A stretch of 64,000 bases of DNA from Candidatus Bathyarchaeota archaeon (GCA_026014815.1 JAOZHP010000043.1:11931-75930), one strand, 5' to 3'; positions 1 through 10,729 are shown, numbered from the stretch's first letter. Numbers and translations: made by a program. The notes: a model not told the origin generated them from the sequence alone.

Positions 1-205
1 CGCCGACGATGTACTCAGATACTACGCAGTCGAAGTCGTAATGCTTCAAGTACTCCATGACCTTTCTGGGATTTGTGAGAGTTTCAACGTGTAAACGTGA
101 ATCAAAGTTTTCAAGAAGAGGCTTTACAAGTACAAGCTGCATTGGGTCGTCATCGACGAACAACACATACAGTTCATCTCGTTCATCATCCTGAATAAAC
201 GCCAT
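1..205 (-). CDS. response regulator receiver domain protein, truncated by the window edge
   Basis: Hand translation of the minus strand from the ATG at 205..203 gives MAFIQDDERDELYVLFVDDDPMQLVLVKPLLENFDSRLHVETLTNPRKVMEYLKHYDFDCVVSEY. This shows the CheY-like acidic pocket and phospho-acceptor strand pattern. The ORF is incomplete, so it is not in the ORF track. Confidence 0.55.
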   Translation of the reverse strand, partial: MAFIQDDERDELYVLFVDDDPMQLVLVKPLLENFDSRLHVETLTNPRKVMEYLKHYDFDCVVSEYIVG

Positions 206-387
206 TTACGCCTCGACGTGACCTCCAGTTTTCACGATATAATGATTATTTAGCTATGTTCTATATTCATAGACACCCAGAAATATTGGGAAAAATCAAA
301 GTAACTCCAATAAAAAGTCCTTAACATAACTTCTGTGACAGTCTGCATCAACCTTCTAGTTTAACTCTCCATATAAGAAAAAAAGGG

Positions 388-2079
388 TTATAGTCCAACA
401 GCGATGGACTCGAACCCTGTGAGCAACGAGTAGACGCCCCCATGAAGTAGCTTCGTCTCAGGGTCCCTTAGGACGCCAACAGGTCTACCCCAGCCCCTGA
501 GCTCTGGGTCAACGTAGTTAACGTCATGACCCATCGCCACGAGGCGGTCCTTGACCTCCCGTGGGAACCTAGAGTCAAGAGAAACCGTGCCTGTCTCACG
601 TGAGATACGTGGAGCGTCCACCGCGTCCTGGATACCCATCCCATAGTCAATGACATAGTGGATGGCTTGAGCAACTGACATCTGTATGTTCCTGCCACCG
701 GGTGCCCCCAACACCATGTAGGACTCGTCTTCCCTGAGAACCACTGTGGGACACACGTTCTGGATGCGGCGCTTCCTGCCATCGATACTATTGGCATGAC
801 CCGGCTCAGGGTTGAGACCATACATAGCGTTGTTCATGACTATCCCTGTCCCGGGGATCACTACTCCGCAGCCAAAGGAGTTGACTAGAGTCTGGTTCAC
901 ACAGGCCATGTTTCCTGCTTTATCAGCGACAGCCAGCGCAGTTGTGCACTCAGGCTTGTGGGGCCAAGGATCACTGAATGTGACTGCCCCCGATTTCCCC
1001 ATGTCTATCCTCTCTCTGAGCTTCGCGGCGTACTCTTTGGACACCATTGCCTTCTGGGGGACATCCACGTATCCGGGATCGCCCATATACTCGAACCGGT
1101 CAGCGAATGCGAGACCGAGTGCCTCAGCGACAAGGTGGATAGCATCCGGGGACCCGAAACCCATGGATGCCATGTCGTAGCCCTCAATGATGTTGAGAGT
1201 CTGCATCATGGTGGTTCCCGAGTGCGTCGGGTCATAGAGGATGTCGTGGCCCCGGTAGCATCCTAGTTCAGGCATGTGGATTATGGGCTCGTACATTGCC
1301 ATGTCTTCTTTGGTGATTAGTCCACCATTCGCGCTCATCTCTCCCGCAATAGCGTCGGCTATCCAGCCCTTGTAGAAAGCGTCAGGACCTTCCATACGGA
1401 TTGACCGTAGACACTTCGCAAGCTCTTTGTTGACTAGCACATGGGGTTTCGCCATTCCTTGATTATAAGGTAGGTACGGGTACTGGCCATCTCTGAGATA
1501 GACTCGCTTCCACTCCTTGAACTTTGAGAAAGCTTCCATCCGCCTGAAGATGCTGGCTGCCGTCCACCATCCCATGGTGAATCCTTCCTCGGCTACCTTT
1601 ACCGCCGGAGAGATTACGTCTGCGAGACTCATCGTGCCATAATGCTCCAACGCGGATGTTAAACCAGCCACGATACCCGGCGTGGTACATGCCTTATGGC
1701 CTACGAGGTTTGCGTCATCCTTTACTTTTCTCCACCCCATCCAGCCTGACTCAGTTATCTCCTCAAGCTCATACATGTCAGGTGTACAGCTCTGCGCCGG
1801 CCTGCCTACATAGTCGATGATGATGTTCTCACCTGACTCAAGATGGATGGCCATGACACCTTCGCCTCCGATGCCGTTCATCGCTGGCTCAACAACACAG
1901 TCCATGAAAGCGGATGCAACCGCTGCGTCCACAGCGTTACCGCCCTTTTTCATCATCTTGACCCCTGCTTCACCTATGAGGGGATGCTTGGAGGACACCA
2001 TGCCTTTCTCGGCTACACAGTCGGAGCGGCCCGCCCCCATCCATCGCCGAGCCTGATAAATGTAATTCTTACAATCCAT
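388..2079 (-). CDS. ggt: gamma-glutamyltranspeptidase
   Basis: 563 aa. GGT motifs: GGNAVDAAVA, NGIGGEG, the Thr-nucleophile region PECTTALAVADKAGNMACVNQT, PGTGIVMNN and GAPGG. Confidence 0.85.
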   Translation of the reverse strand: MDCKNYIYQARRWMGAGRSDCVAEKGMVSSKHPLIGEAGVKMMKKGGNAVDAAVASAFMDCVVEPAMNGIGGEGVMAIHLESGENIIIDYVGRPAQSCTPDMYELEEITESGWMGWRKVKDDANLVGHKACTTPGIVAGLTSALEHYGTMSLADVISPAVKVAEEGFTMGWWTAASIFRRMEAFSKFKEWKRVYLRDGQYPYLPYNQGMAKPHVLVNKELAKCLRSIRMEGPDAFYKGWIADAIAGEMSANGGLITKEDMAMYEPIIHMPELGCYRGHDILYDPTHSGTTMMQTLNIIEGYDMASMGFGSPDAIHLVAEALGLAFADRFEYMGDPGYVDVPQKAMVSKEYAAKLRERIDMGKSGAVTFSDPWPHKPECTTALAVADKAGNMACVNQTLVNSFGCGVVIPGTGIVMNNAMYGLNPEPGHANSIDGRKRRIQNVCPTVVLREDESYMVLGAPGGRNIQMSVAQAIHYVIDYGMGIQDAVDAPRISRETGTVSLDSRFPREVKDRLVAMGHDVNYVDPELRGWGRPVGVLRDPETKLLHGGVYSLLTGFESIAVGL

Positions 2080-2162
2080 GAAGTATTCTCAGAATTTCAA
2101 CTATAATAAACCAGTGAAGCCTCTGGGTAACCCTTGTATACCTGAATCACATTGTTCAGGGT

Positions 2163-2486
2163 ATGTCTGAAGAGAAACTAGCTGAATTCCTTGAAAACGG
2201 GAAAGACTGGGGCAAGGTAAAAACCACAGTCCCAGGCGTGTTCGTCATGAAGATGCCTGGCAGCAAATCAAGGGAGCCGAGCCTGGCCGTTGAGATCAAC
2301 CCGGTGGACGCAGCCGGAAGCCCGACCAAACGCAGAGGCCTCATCATAAAAAGCGTGTATGAGTACGAAGAGTTCAAAGCCATCCTTATGAACGAGAAGA
2401 TGGAGAGCCTCCTAGAGATGCTGGAAGACGTGAATCCTGACTCAGCGAAGCCTGGTAAGGTCAGCAAAGACGTAATAGAGATCTAA
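2163..2486 (+). CDS. hypothetical protein
   Basis: 107-aa ORF filling the intergenic gap. The only competitor is an antisense shadow ORF. No motif recognised. Confidence 0.4.
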   Translation: MSEEKLAEFLENGKDWGKVKTTVPGVFVMKMPGSKSREPSLAVEINPVDAAGSPTKRRGLIIKSVYEYEEFKAILMNEKMESLLEMLEDVNPDSAKPGKVSKDVIEI

Positions 2487-2527
2487 CCCAAAACTTCTTC
2501 ACCTTCCTGATCAACCTTCAGGGGAAG

Positions 2528-3613
2528 GTGCATTATTTGCAGTCACTCAAACATCTTTTCTTTGAACTTCTCAAGGTAGAGAGCCCTAGCGGCTTTGAGG
2601 AGCCCATGATGAAAAAACTCGTAGAGGAGCTGACACCCCTCTGCGACGAGGTCTATCACACACCAAGAGGCAACGTTATTGGGATCCAGAAAGGCAGTGA
2701 CCCGGATTCCCCCAAGATCGCTCTCGCGGCCCACATGGATCAAGTGGGCTTCATTGTATTCAACATCGATCCACGGGGATTCATCAGGTTCAGGAAGCTC
2801 GGAGGATCAGTCAGTAGAAGCATTCAGGGCCACCAAGTCAAGTTACTCACAGAGAAAGGCCCTGTGATAGGTGTCGTAGGTATAAAGCCTGGGCACATCA
2901 CCAGCCCTGAGGAGGCCACCAAGGTTCCACCAATAAACGAGATGTACATCGATATAGGCGCCAAGAACAAGGAGGAGGTCTTAGGGAAGGGCATAGAGAT
3001 CGGAACTCCCATAGTGTGGAACAATGAACCCGTTGAACTTGACAACAACTTCATCGCAGCAGCGGCCGCTGACGATAGGGTGGGCCTAGCAACCATCATC
3101 ACCGTCGCAAAAAACCTGAAAGACAAGAAAATCCCTTCAACAGTCTACTATATCGGGACAGTCGAGGAAGAGATCGGGTTAAGAGGAGCCGAGGTAGCCG
3201 TGTATGACCTCGACGTAGACATGGCGGTAGCCATCGATACATGCCCCGCCGGTTGGCAGCCCGACGTCAACATCAGGGACATCTACTATGAGGTGGGAAA
3301 CGGGCCTGCGCTACACGTAGGAAAGACAGGGGGCACGACAAGGATCGGTAGCCAGGTGCTGAGAAAATGGCTTATCGGGGTAGCTAAGGCGTCTGGTCTT
3401 CCTTACCAGAGTGGGCTGGTGCATGGCGGGAACGATGCTCACGCGATCCAGCAGACCAAGGCGGGTATACCAGCGTGTACTGCAGCTATTCCTAGGAGGT
3501 ACAGTCACAGTCCTGTGGAAGTGCTGAGCATGGATGACCTGAGCAACCTAACAAAGCTCCTGACAAAGGCTATAGCGGGGTTAGACAGCGGGTTCAGCAC
3601 AAGTAGAATCTAA
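2528..3613 (+). CDS. M42 family metallopeptidase (FrvX/glutamyl aminopeptidase-like)
   Basis: 361 aa. Metal-ligand motifs AAHMDQVGF, ADDRVG and VEEEIGLRGA, plus a C-terminal HSP motif. Confidence 0.8.
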   Translation: MHYLQSLKHLFFELLKVESPSGFEEPMMKKLVEELTPLCDEVYHTPRGNVIGIQKGSDPDSPKIALAAHMDQVGFIVFNIDPRGFIRFRKLGGSVSRSIQGHQVKLLTEKGPVIGVVGIKPGHITSPEEATKVPPINEMYIDIGAKNKEEVLGKGIEIGTPIVWNNEPVELDNNFIAAAAADDRVGLATIITVAKNLKDKKIPSTVYYIGTVEEEIGLRGAEVAVYDLDVDMAVAIDTCPAGWQPDVNIRDIYYEVGNGPALHVGKTGGTTRIGSQVLRKWLIGVAKASGLPYQSGLVHGGNDAHAIQQTKAGIPACTAAIPRRYSHSPVEVLSMDDLSNLTKLLTKAIAGLDSGFSTSRI

Positions 3614-3614
3614 C

Positions 3615-3627
3615 TTTTTCTTTTTTT
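3615..3627 (+). terminator. oligo-T tract after the M42 peptidase gene
   Basis: tttttcttttttt lies directly after the TAA stop. Archaeal RNAP terminates at oligo-T runs. Confidence 0.4.
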
Positions 3628-3677
3628 AATCTATATTTTTGATACAGACGGTTGCGCCCTCAACATAAAATACTATA

Positions 3678-5288
3678 TTGCGGAGGGTGTTCACGGGTTT
3701 GATTGCAGAGGATAAACCAGAGGGCACTATACGTGTCATACACATAGATGATGAAGATGATCAGTTAGTCTTAGCTAAGCTTTTCTTAGAGCAATCTGAC
3801 CCAACAATAAAGGTTACCTCTACTCAGGACCCCCAGAAGGTCCTTGAGCTTGTAAGAGAGGGAAAACATGATTGTATAATATCGGACTACAGTATGCCCA
3901 AGATTAACGGAATACAGCTGGCCTCCAAGATAAGGGGGTTCAGCGATATCCTAATAATTATCTACACTGGGCAGGGAAGCGAGGAGGTCGCCGAGGCAGC
4001 GTTCTACGCCAGTGTAGATGACTATCTCAGGAAAGAGGTGGACCCAAGTCACTATCAGATGCTCGCGAAGCGTATCAGAAACAATGTCGATAAGAAACGC
4101 GTCAAGAAGAAGCTCAAGATACTCATAGACAACATCCCGGATGTTTTCTATATCGCTGACCAGAACGGTGCGACTGTTTTCGTTAGCCCCAACGTATCCA
4201 AGATGGCAGGGTATACCGCCGATGAGATAAGCAAGCCTGACCCTAACTTTTGGTTCACTATTGTGTACCACGAGGACATGGACACGGTGAAGGAAGGGAT
4301 AAGGGCATACATCGAGGAGGATGTTCCTTATGATGTTGAGTACCGTATACAGAGGAAGGACGGTACATGGGTCTGGGTTCATGACAGGGCCACCCAGAAA
4401 TACGAGATGGAGGGAGTCACCTACTTTGATGGCAAGCTCAGTGACATCAGTGAGCAGAAGCTCATGGAGAAGGGGCTCAAGGGATACACCGAGTACTTGG
4501 AGCAGATGGTACAGGACCTCAAGGTTTACAGCAAGCAGCTTGAGGATACGGTTAAGGAACGGAACAGGCTTCTGGTGGACGCTGAAAGGAACATCGCGGT
4601 TGGACAGGTTGCGTCAATGGTGGGTCACGACCTCAGGGGGCCCCTGCAGACAATCAATAACGCGATATACCTCATGCAGAGGGATCCGGAAAAGCAAGGA
4701 AACCTTGTGAAGACCATCAAGAGTTCAGTCCAGTACGCGGTACAGATTCTGGAGGATCTCAGGAACTCTACTAGAGATACGCCTCTCCAGATACAGGAGT
4801 TTAACCTGGGGGAGCTTATCGAACTTATCATGAGAGGCACTAATATTCCCAACGAGATAGAGGTCAAGCTCGGTCTAGGGTATGGCTTGGAGAGGGTGCA
4901 TCTAGACGTAATCAAGATCAGGAGGATAATGGATAACCTAGTGAGGAACGCGTATGAGGCAATCGAGGGCGAGGGCACGATCATCGTACGGGCTTTGAGG
5001 CAGGGCAACGATATAGTCATTGAGGTCACTGACACGGGTTCAGGTATCCCTGAGGAGTCTATGCCGAACTTGTTCCAGACCTTCAAGACAACCAAGAAGA
5101 AGGGGCTTGGACTTGGTCTAGCGTATACTAAGATGGCGGTGGAGTCTCACGGAGGCAGAATCGATGTTGTCTCAAAGGTAGGGGAAGGTACGACATTTAA
5201 GATAACGTTGCCGCAGCCTGAGGATGCAGGCGTTGAGCGTCAGGTAGAGGAAGTCGATGACTCGCATACATCGTCTCAGCCCCAGTAA
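3678..5288 (+). CDS. hybrid receiver-PAS-histidine kinase
   Basis: 536 aa. N-terminal receiver (VIHIDDEDDQ...DCIISDYSMPKING), PAS (DGTWVWVHDRA), H-box MVGHDLRGPL, N-box DNLVRNAYEA and G-boxes DTGSGIPEE / GLGLGLA. Confidence 0.85.
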   Translation: MRRVFTGLIAEDKPEGTIRVIHIDDEDDQLVLAKLFLEQSDPTIKVTSTQDPQKVLELVREGKHDCIISDYSMPKINGIQLASKIRGFSDILIIIYTGQGSEEVAEAAFYASVDDYLRKEVDPSHYQMLAKRIRNNVDKKRVKKKLKILIDNIPDVFYIADQNGATVFVSPNVSKMAGYTADEISKPDPNFWFTIVYHEDMDTVKEGIRAYIEEDVPYDVEYRIQRKDGTWVWVHDRATQKYEMEGVTYFDGKLSDISEQKLMEKGLKGYTEYLEQMVQDLKVYSKQLEDTVKERNRLLVDAERNIAVGQVASMVGHDLRGPLQTINNAIYLMQRDPEKQGNLVKTIKSSVQYAVQILEDLRNSTRDTPLQIQEFNLGELIELIMRGTNIPNEIEVKLGLGYGLERVHLDVIKIRRIMDNLVRNAYEAIEGEGTIIVRALRQGNDIVIEVTDTGSGIPEESMPNLFQTFKTTKKKGLGLGLAYTKMAVESHGGRIDVVSKVGEGTTFKITLPQPEDAGVERQVEEVDDSHTSSQPQ

Positions 5289-5305
5289 GGCATAGTTTCT
5301 ATACT

Positions 5306-6454
5306 TTGCTCTTCCATATGATGGTGAGAGAATTGGTGAAGGTTGACGAGTTTCTAGTGGAGCGGTGGATGAACGAGTACGAGCACAACGTAGAGATTAA
5401 CATGGCTGAGACCTGCGTCGAGCCTTTCACGTTACGCGAGTTCCTAGAGTTCACCGGTAGAACGGATTTCTTTGACGAGTTCCAGAATAGGCAGCTTACC
5501 TATGGGTTCATCGAGGGAAACCCAGAGCTCAGAGAGGGGATCGCAAACCAGTACGTGGACGTGGACCCGAATAACGTGCTGGTGACCGGTGGAGCCATCG
5601 AGGCAAACTTCAACGCCTTCTACAGTCTAGTTGAGCCGGGGGATACTGTGATTAGCGTGTTCCCAGCATACCAGCAGCTCTTCAGCGTCGCGAAGAGCTT
5701 CGGGGCAGACGTGAAACGGCTTCACCTGGTTCCTGAGAATCAGTGGTTACCAGAGATAGAGGAGCTGAAGGAGCTTGTTGACTCTAAGACCAAGATGATA
5801 GTGCTCAATAACCCTCACAACCCCACGGGGAGCCTGATAGATGAGGCGTTGCTCCGTGCAATCTGTGAGGTAGCTGAAGACTCAGGCGCCTATGTGCTTG
5901 GGGACGAGGCGTACAGGGGTCTCTACATACATGAAGGAGACCACACGCCATCAGTGATGGATATCTACGAGAAGGGGATAGCTACGGGGAGCTTCAGTAA
6001 GTCCATCAGTCTCACGGGGCTGCGTCTCGGATGGATAACATCTAACGGCAAGGTGATTCATCAATGCAAGCTTCACCGGGACTACACTACAATAAGCAAG
6101 AGCATGCTTGACGAGGCTTTGGCGACCATCGCTATTCAGCACATCGACAAGATTATGGAGCGGAACCTAAAGATCGTGCGTGAAAATCATAGATTCCTTG
6201 ATGACTGGATCAACGATGAATCCCTCATCGAATGGGTGAAGCCAAGGGCGGGCAGCGTCGCGTTCATGAGGCATCACCTTGACATGTCCAGCACCGAGAT
6301 CTGCAAGAGGCTCATAGAGGAAAAGAGCACGTTTATGGTGCCCAGCGACTGCTTCGAGGTGGAAGGACACCTGCGCATAGGTTACGGTAACCGCATCGAG
6401 GTGATCAGCGAGGGCTTGGGTAGGGTAAAGGAGTTCTTAGACGAGCACCGTTGA
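5306..6454 (+). CDS. class I/II PLP-dependent aminotransferase
   Basis: 382 aa. NNPHNPTG, and the PLP-lysine motif SFSKSISLTGLRLGW. Confidence 0.8.
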   Translation: MLFHMMVRELVKVDEFLVERWMNEYEHNVEINMAETCVEPFTLREFLEFTGRTDFFDEFQNRQLTYGFIEGNPELREGIANQYVDVDPNNVLVTGGAIEANFNAFYSLVEPGDTVISVFPAYQQLFSVAKSFGADVKRLHLVPENQWLPEIEELKELVDSKTKMIVLNNPHNPTGSLIDEALLRAICEVAEDSGAYVLGDEAYRGLYIHEGDHTPSVMDIYEKGIATGSFSKSISLTGLRLGWITSNGKVIHQCKLHRDYTTISKSMLDEALATIAIQHIDKIMERNLKIVRENHRFLDDWINDESLIEWVKPRAGSVAFMRHHLDMSSTEICKRLIEEKSTFMVPSDCFEVEGHLRIGYGNRIEVISEGLGRVKEFLDEHR

Positions 6455-6497
6455 GCTGGGTTATGTTCATAATCCGCCCTTTCGCAGGGTTCATGAA

Positions 6498-6917
6498 ATG
6501 AGTCTTAATGATAACCAGAGAAACCTCATTTATATCGTCGTAGCGATTGCCGCGATTGGGGTTGTTTATTATACTCAGTTTTATGGTCAAGACGACCAAG
6601 GCGTGTATGGTGACCTTACACCTCTTGAGGCTTGGACTCTTATCCAGGACAAGTCTGAGCTTGTCATTCTTGACGTGCGTACTGTTTCAGAGTACGAGGA
6701 CGGTCACATAGAGGGTGCCATACTGATTCCGGTGCAGGAGCTGCCTGACCGATTCGATGAGCTGGATAAGAACGACGAGCTACTGGTCTATTGCAGGTCG
6801 GGAAACCGTAGCAGCACGGCGGTAGAGATATTGGAGGCGGACGGTTTCACCAAGATCTATCATCTGGCTGATGGTGTCACTGGGTGGATCGACGCTGGTT
6901 ACCCGGTTGTCCAGTAA
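6498..6917 (+). CDS. membrane-anchored rhodanese-domain sulfurtransferase
   Basis: N-terminal TM helix (LIYIVVAIAAIGVVYY). Rhodanese core ILDVRTVSEYEDGHIEGA with the active-site loop YCRSGNRS. Confidence 0.8.
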   Translation: MSLNDNQRNLIYIVVAIAAIGVVYYTQFYGQDDQGVYGDLTPLEAWTLIQDKSELVILDVRTVSEYEDGHIEGAILIPVQELPDRFDELDKNDELLVYCRSGNRSSTAVEILEADGFTKIYHLADGVTGWIDAGYPVVQ

Positions 6918-7016
6918 ATCTATTCAATTTTTCTCTCTGAATGGCTCGGTTGCAGCGTAGCTTGGGCTCTCGCTGGTGATATATAATGGATACATACCCG
7001 TATGATGCGATGCTAG

Positions 7017-8036
7017 ATGAAACTAGTAACTTTTAAGGTTCATACTGAGAGCCGCGTCGGCGCCCTCATGGGCGATAAGGTCGTGGACCTCAACTCAGCT
7101 TACGCGTTGATACATAAGGAAAAGGGAAAAGGCGTCGCCAAAAGGCACGCGGACGCACTGATACCCGGCTGCATGATCGGTTTCCTCGAAGGAGGAGAAG
7201 AGTCCATGAAGGCAGCACGGGAGGCCCTCGCTTACGCCGAGAAGCACCCAGACGCCGTTGGGCTCGACGAAGAAAAGCTAGTAATGTGCAAGAGCACCGC
7301 GAAGCTGCAAGCACCCGTACCGAGGCCGGGTAAGCTCTACTGCGTAGCCGTTAACTTCTATGACCACGCCACGGAGCGGATAAAGGACCCTGAGGCGAGG
7401 CAGAAGGAGATTGACCGCCTCAAGAGCCTGAAGCTTGATGTACCGGACGTGTTCCAGAAGCCTCCGAGCCTCGTGGTCGGTCCCCGTGACCCACTCATTA
7501 AGGTAAAGGCGACTGAGAAGATGGATTACGAATGCGAGCTCGCGGTGGTCATAGGTAAGAAGGGAAACTATATCCCGGCGGAGAAGGCGTACGAGTACAT
7601 CGCTGGGTACACGGTGTTTATCGACGTGAGTGCCCGTGATCAGGGCTTCCCGCAGGACGTGGATTTCCGAATGTTCAAACATGACGTTAACTGGACCAAG
7701 GGCAAGGGAATGGACAACGCCGGCCCCATGGGGCCCTGCATAGTCACCTCGGATGAGATACCTGACCCCTATAACCCGCCTCTCAGGCTCAAGACACGTG
7801 TCAACGGGAAGGAGCGACAGAACAACACAGTGGAGCATATGATCATCAGGATTCCGAGGATCATCGAGTACATGAGCAACGGCACAACGTTGATGCCCGG
7901 TGATGTCATCGCCACGGGTACCGTGGCTGGTGTGGCTCACAGCTGGGGTCCTGAGGGTTTCCTCAAAGTGGGTGACATCGTGGAGTGCGAGATTGAGCCC
8001 ATGGGTACTCTGAAGCACAAGGTCATCGGGGAGTAA
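7017..8036 (+). CDS. fumarylacetoacetate hydrolase (FAH) family protein
   Basis: 339 aa. DYECELAVVIGKKG and PGDVIATGT motifs. Confidence 0.85.
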   Translation: MKLVTFKVHTESRVGALMGDKVVDLNSAYALIHKEKGKGVAKRHADALIPGCMIGFLEGGEESMKAAREALAYAEKHPDAVGLDEEKLVMCKSTAKLQAPVPRPGKLYCVAVNFYDHATERIKDPEARQKEIDRLKSLKLDVPDVFQKPPSLVVGPRDPLIKVKATEKMDYECELAVVIGKKGNYIPAEKAYEYIAGYTVFIDVSARDQGFPQDVDFRMFKHDVNWTKGKGMDNAGPMGPCIVTSDEIPDPYNPPLRLKTRVNGKERQNNTVEHMIIRIPRIIEYMSNGTTLMPGDVIATGTVAGVAHSWGPEGFLKVGDIVECEIEPMGTLKHKVIGE

Positions 8037-8073
8037 CCCCCAATTTTTTACGTTCGTTCTTTTTCTATTAGTC

Positions 8074-8487
8074 ATGGAACCTCTCAGCGTCAATATAGGG
8101 GATTATCAGTTCAAGGCTGAGCTACACATGGAGGAAGCACCGGAGACATGTATTAGGATACTTGAAGCACTGCCTATCACAGGGAGAGTGATACAGGCTC
8201 GCTGGAGTGGCGAAGCGGTGTGGCTACAGATGGACACATATGGCATTGAGGTTCCTCAGGAGAACGCCACAAGTTACCCCAGCATGGGTCAACTTCTCTA
8301 TTACCCCGGAGGTGTTAGCGAGAAGGAGATACTCATCCCTTATGGGTCGGCGTGCTTCGCCAGCAAGTTCGGGTTACTGCCAGGCAATCACTTCGCTACA
8401 ATCGTTTTGGGAGAGGGCCGGCTGCGGGAGATGGGTGAGAGGGTTCTCTGGGAAGGAGCTAAGGAGATAGCGATTACAGAGGCATAG
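8074..8487 (+). CDS. cyclophilin-like DUF3830-type protein
   Basis: 137 aa. The pattern ...AELHMEEAPETCIRILEALPITGRVIQARWSGEAVW matches my recollection of the DUF3830 consensus. The stop is TAG followed immediately by TGA. Confidence 0.5.
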   Translation: MEPLSVNIGDYQFKAELHMEEAPETCIRILEALPITGRVIQARWSGEAVWLQMDTYGIEVPQENATSYPSMGQLLYYPGGVSEKEILIPYGSACFASKFGLLPGNHFATIVLGEGRLREMGERVLWEGAKEIAITEA

Positions 8488-8496
8488 TGAGCAGTT

Positions 8497-9246
8497 CTAC
8501 TCTGGCTGGGCGACTAACACGATAATGTTGTCCCCTTTTTCATACTTTTTTCCGTGATGGTCGCCGTACTCATGGAGTATCCTGTAACCGGTTTCTCGAA
8601 GTAGTTTCCTTACTCCCTCGGCGTCGTGGATGTAGACCTGGCTGCCCTCGTGGTAGCGTTCAATCATTCTCCCATTCTCGTACACCTCGTACCACATGTT
8701 CAGCGTCATTAGCCGTGTCTCCGGGTCGATGGTGTGGTACCCGCTCCTGACTACGTAACTCGTTGCGTCCAGTTCTTTCCGTTGCACGAACCAGTCTTTA
8801 TCAGGTTTTATCTCGGGGACGAGGTAAAGATCGAAGACGTATACACCCGCCGGAGCGAGATGGTCCTTAATGTTCTGGAGAGCCTTTCGCTGATCCAAGG
8901 GGTCCAGTATGTGGTCGAAGCTGCAGGAGGGAAAATAGATCATGTTGAACCTCTCCAGTAGCTTGAAGTCAACGGCGTTCCCTTGCTCCAAGTGGAGACG
9001 ACTCCTTGTCTCTGAGTCAAGTTTTGAGATATTGGCCTTTGCAGCGTTAAGCATGTACCGTGACGTGTCTATCCCCCGTGTCTCAACGCCGGCTTTCGCT
9101 AGGTTTATGGCGAGTCTGGCGGTGCCGACTCCGAGCTCTAATGCTTTGCCGTTGTACAGTTTCGCTTGCTCGACGTAGAACTCTACGTCGTCTTTCTCGC
9201 CGAACAGGTCATAGTATTTCTCTGCTCCTTCCAGATAGTTCATCAC
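8497..9246 (-). CDS. class I SAM-dependent methyltransferase
   Basis: 249 aa. Motif I ALELGVGTARLA and post-I GIDTS. Confidence 0.8.
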   Translation of the reverse strand: MMNYLEGAEKYYDLFGEKDDVEFYVEQAKLYNGKALELGVGTARLAINLAKAGVETRGIDTSRYMLNAAKANISKLDSETRSRLHLEQGNAVDFKLLERFNMIYFPSCSFDHILDPLDQRKALQNIKDHLAPAGVYVFDLYLVPEIKPDKDWFVQRKELDATSYVVRSGYHTIDPETRLMTLNMWYEVYENGRMIERYHEGSQVYIHDAEGVRKLLRETGYRILHEYGDHHGKKYEKGDNIIVLVAQPE

Positions 9247-9300
9247 TATGCCTCTCGATGGATGGACGTAACGTTTTCTGGATTATATGTTTTTGATTCT

Positions 9301-10158
9301 TTACTCTGGGAAGAGGGGGCTAAAACCCTGTGTTTTTGCGTACTCCACTGCTTCTTTCTGCTCGTCCTCGTCCATGGGAGTGAAACCATCCCCTGCCTGT
9401 AGCACCATCTCCCAGAGCCCTGTGTCGCATGGGAGGGCGTAGGTGGTCACGGGTTCCTGTGAGAGGGTGAACCTGACTCCCAGCTCGACATCCTTGGGGG
9501 TGTCAGAAGGGTGATACCACGTGCCGTGACTGCGTTGATCTTTCCAGCGACCCCTGCACACGGCCTTGATGGCGGTTACTCCCATATCACGGTCAATGGC
9601 TGCTTCAAGGACGGGCCTATAATCATTCATGGGGTGGAACGCCACGGCACTGCACAAGCTCACAGGCAGAAGAATCAAGTCAAAGTCGTATCTCTTGATG
9701 GCTTCAAGGAGCACCCTCATATCCTGATGTCCCGTTATCCCCAGGTACTTGGTCAAGCCTGTCTCTTTTGCCTCCTTGAAGGCAGTGATGGCTCCCTCTG
9801 GGTGGAAAACTGTGTCGAGGTCGTTCATTGTGGAGAGTGCGTGCATCTGGTATAGGTCGAAGGATTTGACTCCCAGCCTGTTTAGGCTTTGGTGAAGCTC
9901 GTTTTTTGCGCCTATCATGGTGCGTTCTGTGGTTTTCTCAGCTAGGAATATCTTGTCTCTATGGGTCTTCATCAATGGGGCTAGTCTCAACTCGGCGTCA
10001 CCGTAGGTTGGCGCCACGTCCACCATGTTGACTCCATGGTTGAGGGCTTGCTTGATGGCCTTGTCGGCTTCCTCTTGGCTGATTCTTCCTACCCCGCATC
10101 CACCCAAGGTTATTATGGACACGTTTTCGCCTATCCTTCCCAGTCTTCGCTTGATCAT
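9301..10158 (-). CDS. aldo/keto reductase
   Basis: 285 aa. N-terminus RRLGRIGENVSIITLGG and GVNMVDVAPTYG. Confidence 0.85.
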   Translation of the reverse strand: MIKRRLGRIGENVSIITLGGCGVGRISQEEADKAIKQALNHGVNMVDVAPTYGDAELRLAPLMKTHRDKIFLAEKTTERTMIGAKNELHQSLNRLGVKSFDLYQMHALSTMNDLDTVFHPEGAITAFKEAKETGLTKYLGITGHQDMRVLLEAIKRYDFDLILLPVSLCSAVAFHPMNDYRPVLEAAIDRDMGVTAIKAVCRGRWKDQRSHGTWYHPSDTPKDVELGVRFTLSQEPVTTYALPCDTGLWEMVLQAGDGFTPMDEDEQKEAVEYAKTQGFSPLFPE

Positions 10159-10240
10159 GGAACCACTGTTTAGTGTTCTGCGGGAGATGATTTAAGAGTT
10201 AAACTGGGGCGACGACGATTCTGCGTATGGAATATATTCC

Positions 10241-10729
10241 ATGCTTTTTCATGTATACTTGATCGAGTTGAATGAAGTCAAGTTTCTGATGGATCAGTTC
10301 AGGACCACCTTCAACGGTGACAGCTGGCATGGTCCAAGTCTAATGAAGACGCTGAAAGGCATTGACGCTGTGCAGGCGAAGGAGAGGCCGCTTGATGAGA
10401 GGCATAGCATCTGGGAGCTGGTGGACAACATAACGTTCTGGATGAACGCGGCCACTGAGTCAGTGCAGAAAAAGGATTTCCCGGACCCCTACAAGGCTAA
10501 GGATTGGCCTCCTATGAGGGAGACCGAGGAGGAGTGGCGGGAGTCAATCCGAGGGATGGAGGTAGCGTTGAACACGATGGCGGGGGAGCTGGTAGACTGG
10601 AGCAACAAGGATTTGGAGGAGTAGGTGCCTAACGCGAACTATAACTTCAGGATGCTGCTTCACGGGACTATTCATCACACACTGTACCATACCGGACAGA
10701 TCGCGGTCATCAGGAAGAAAGTTGGATAA
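10241..10729 (+). pseudogene. DinB-superfamily protein interrupted by one in-frame TAG (10622-10624)
   Basis: The ORF 10241..10624 stops at TAG. The same frame then continues VPNANYNFRMLLHGTIHHTLYHTGQIAVIRKKVG to TAA at 10727-10729. That continuation is the DinB C-terminal His/GQI motif. Confidence 0.7.

Noticed and set aside
7278-8093. A 271-aa ORF on the minus strand covering the whole FAH gene.
   Set aside because: It is an antisense shadow of a strongly supported gene. The translation is Arg/Leu/His-rich and low-complexity, with no motifs. The same applies to the many 60-150-aa ORFs overlapping GGT, the kinase, NrdD, the ABC genes and FtsY.
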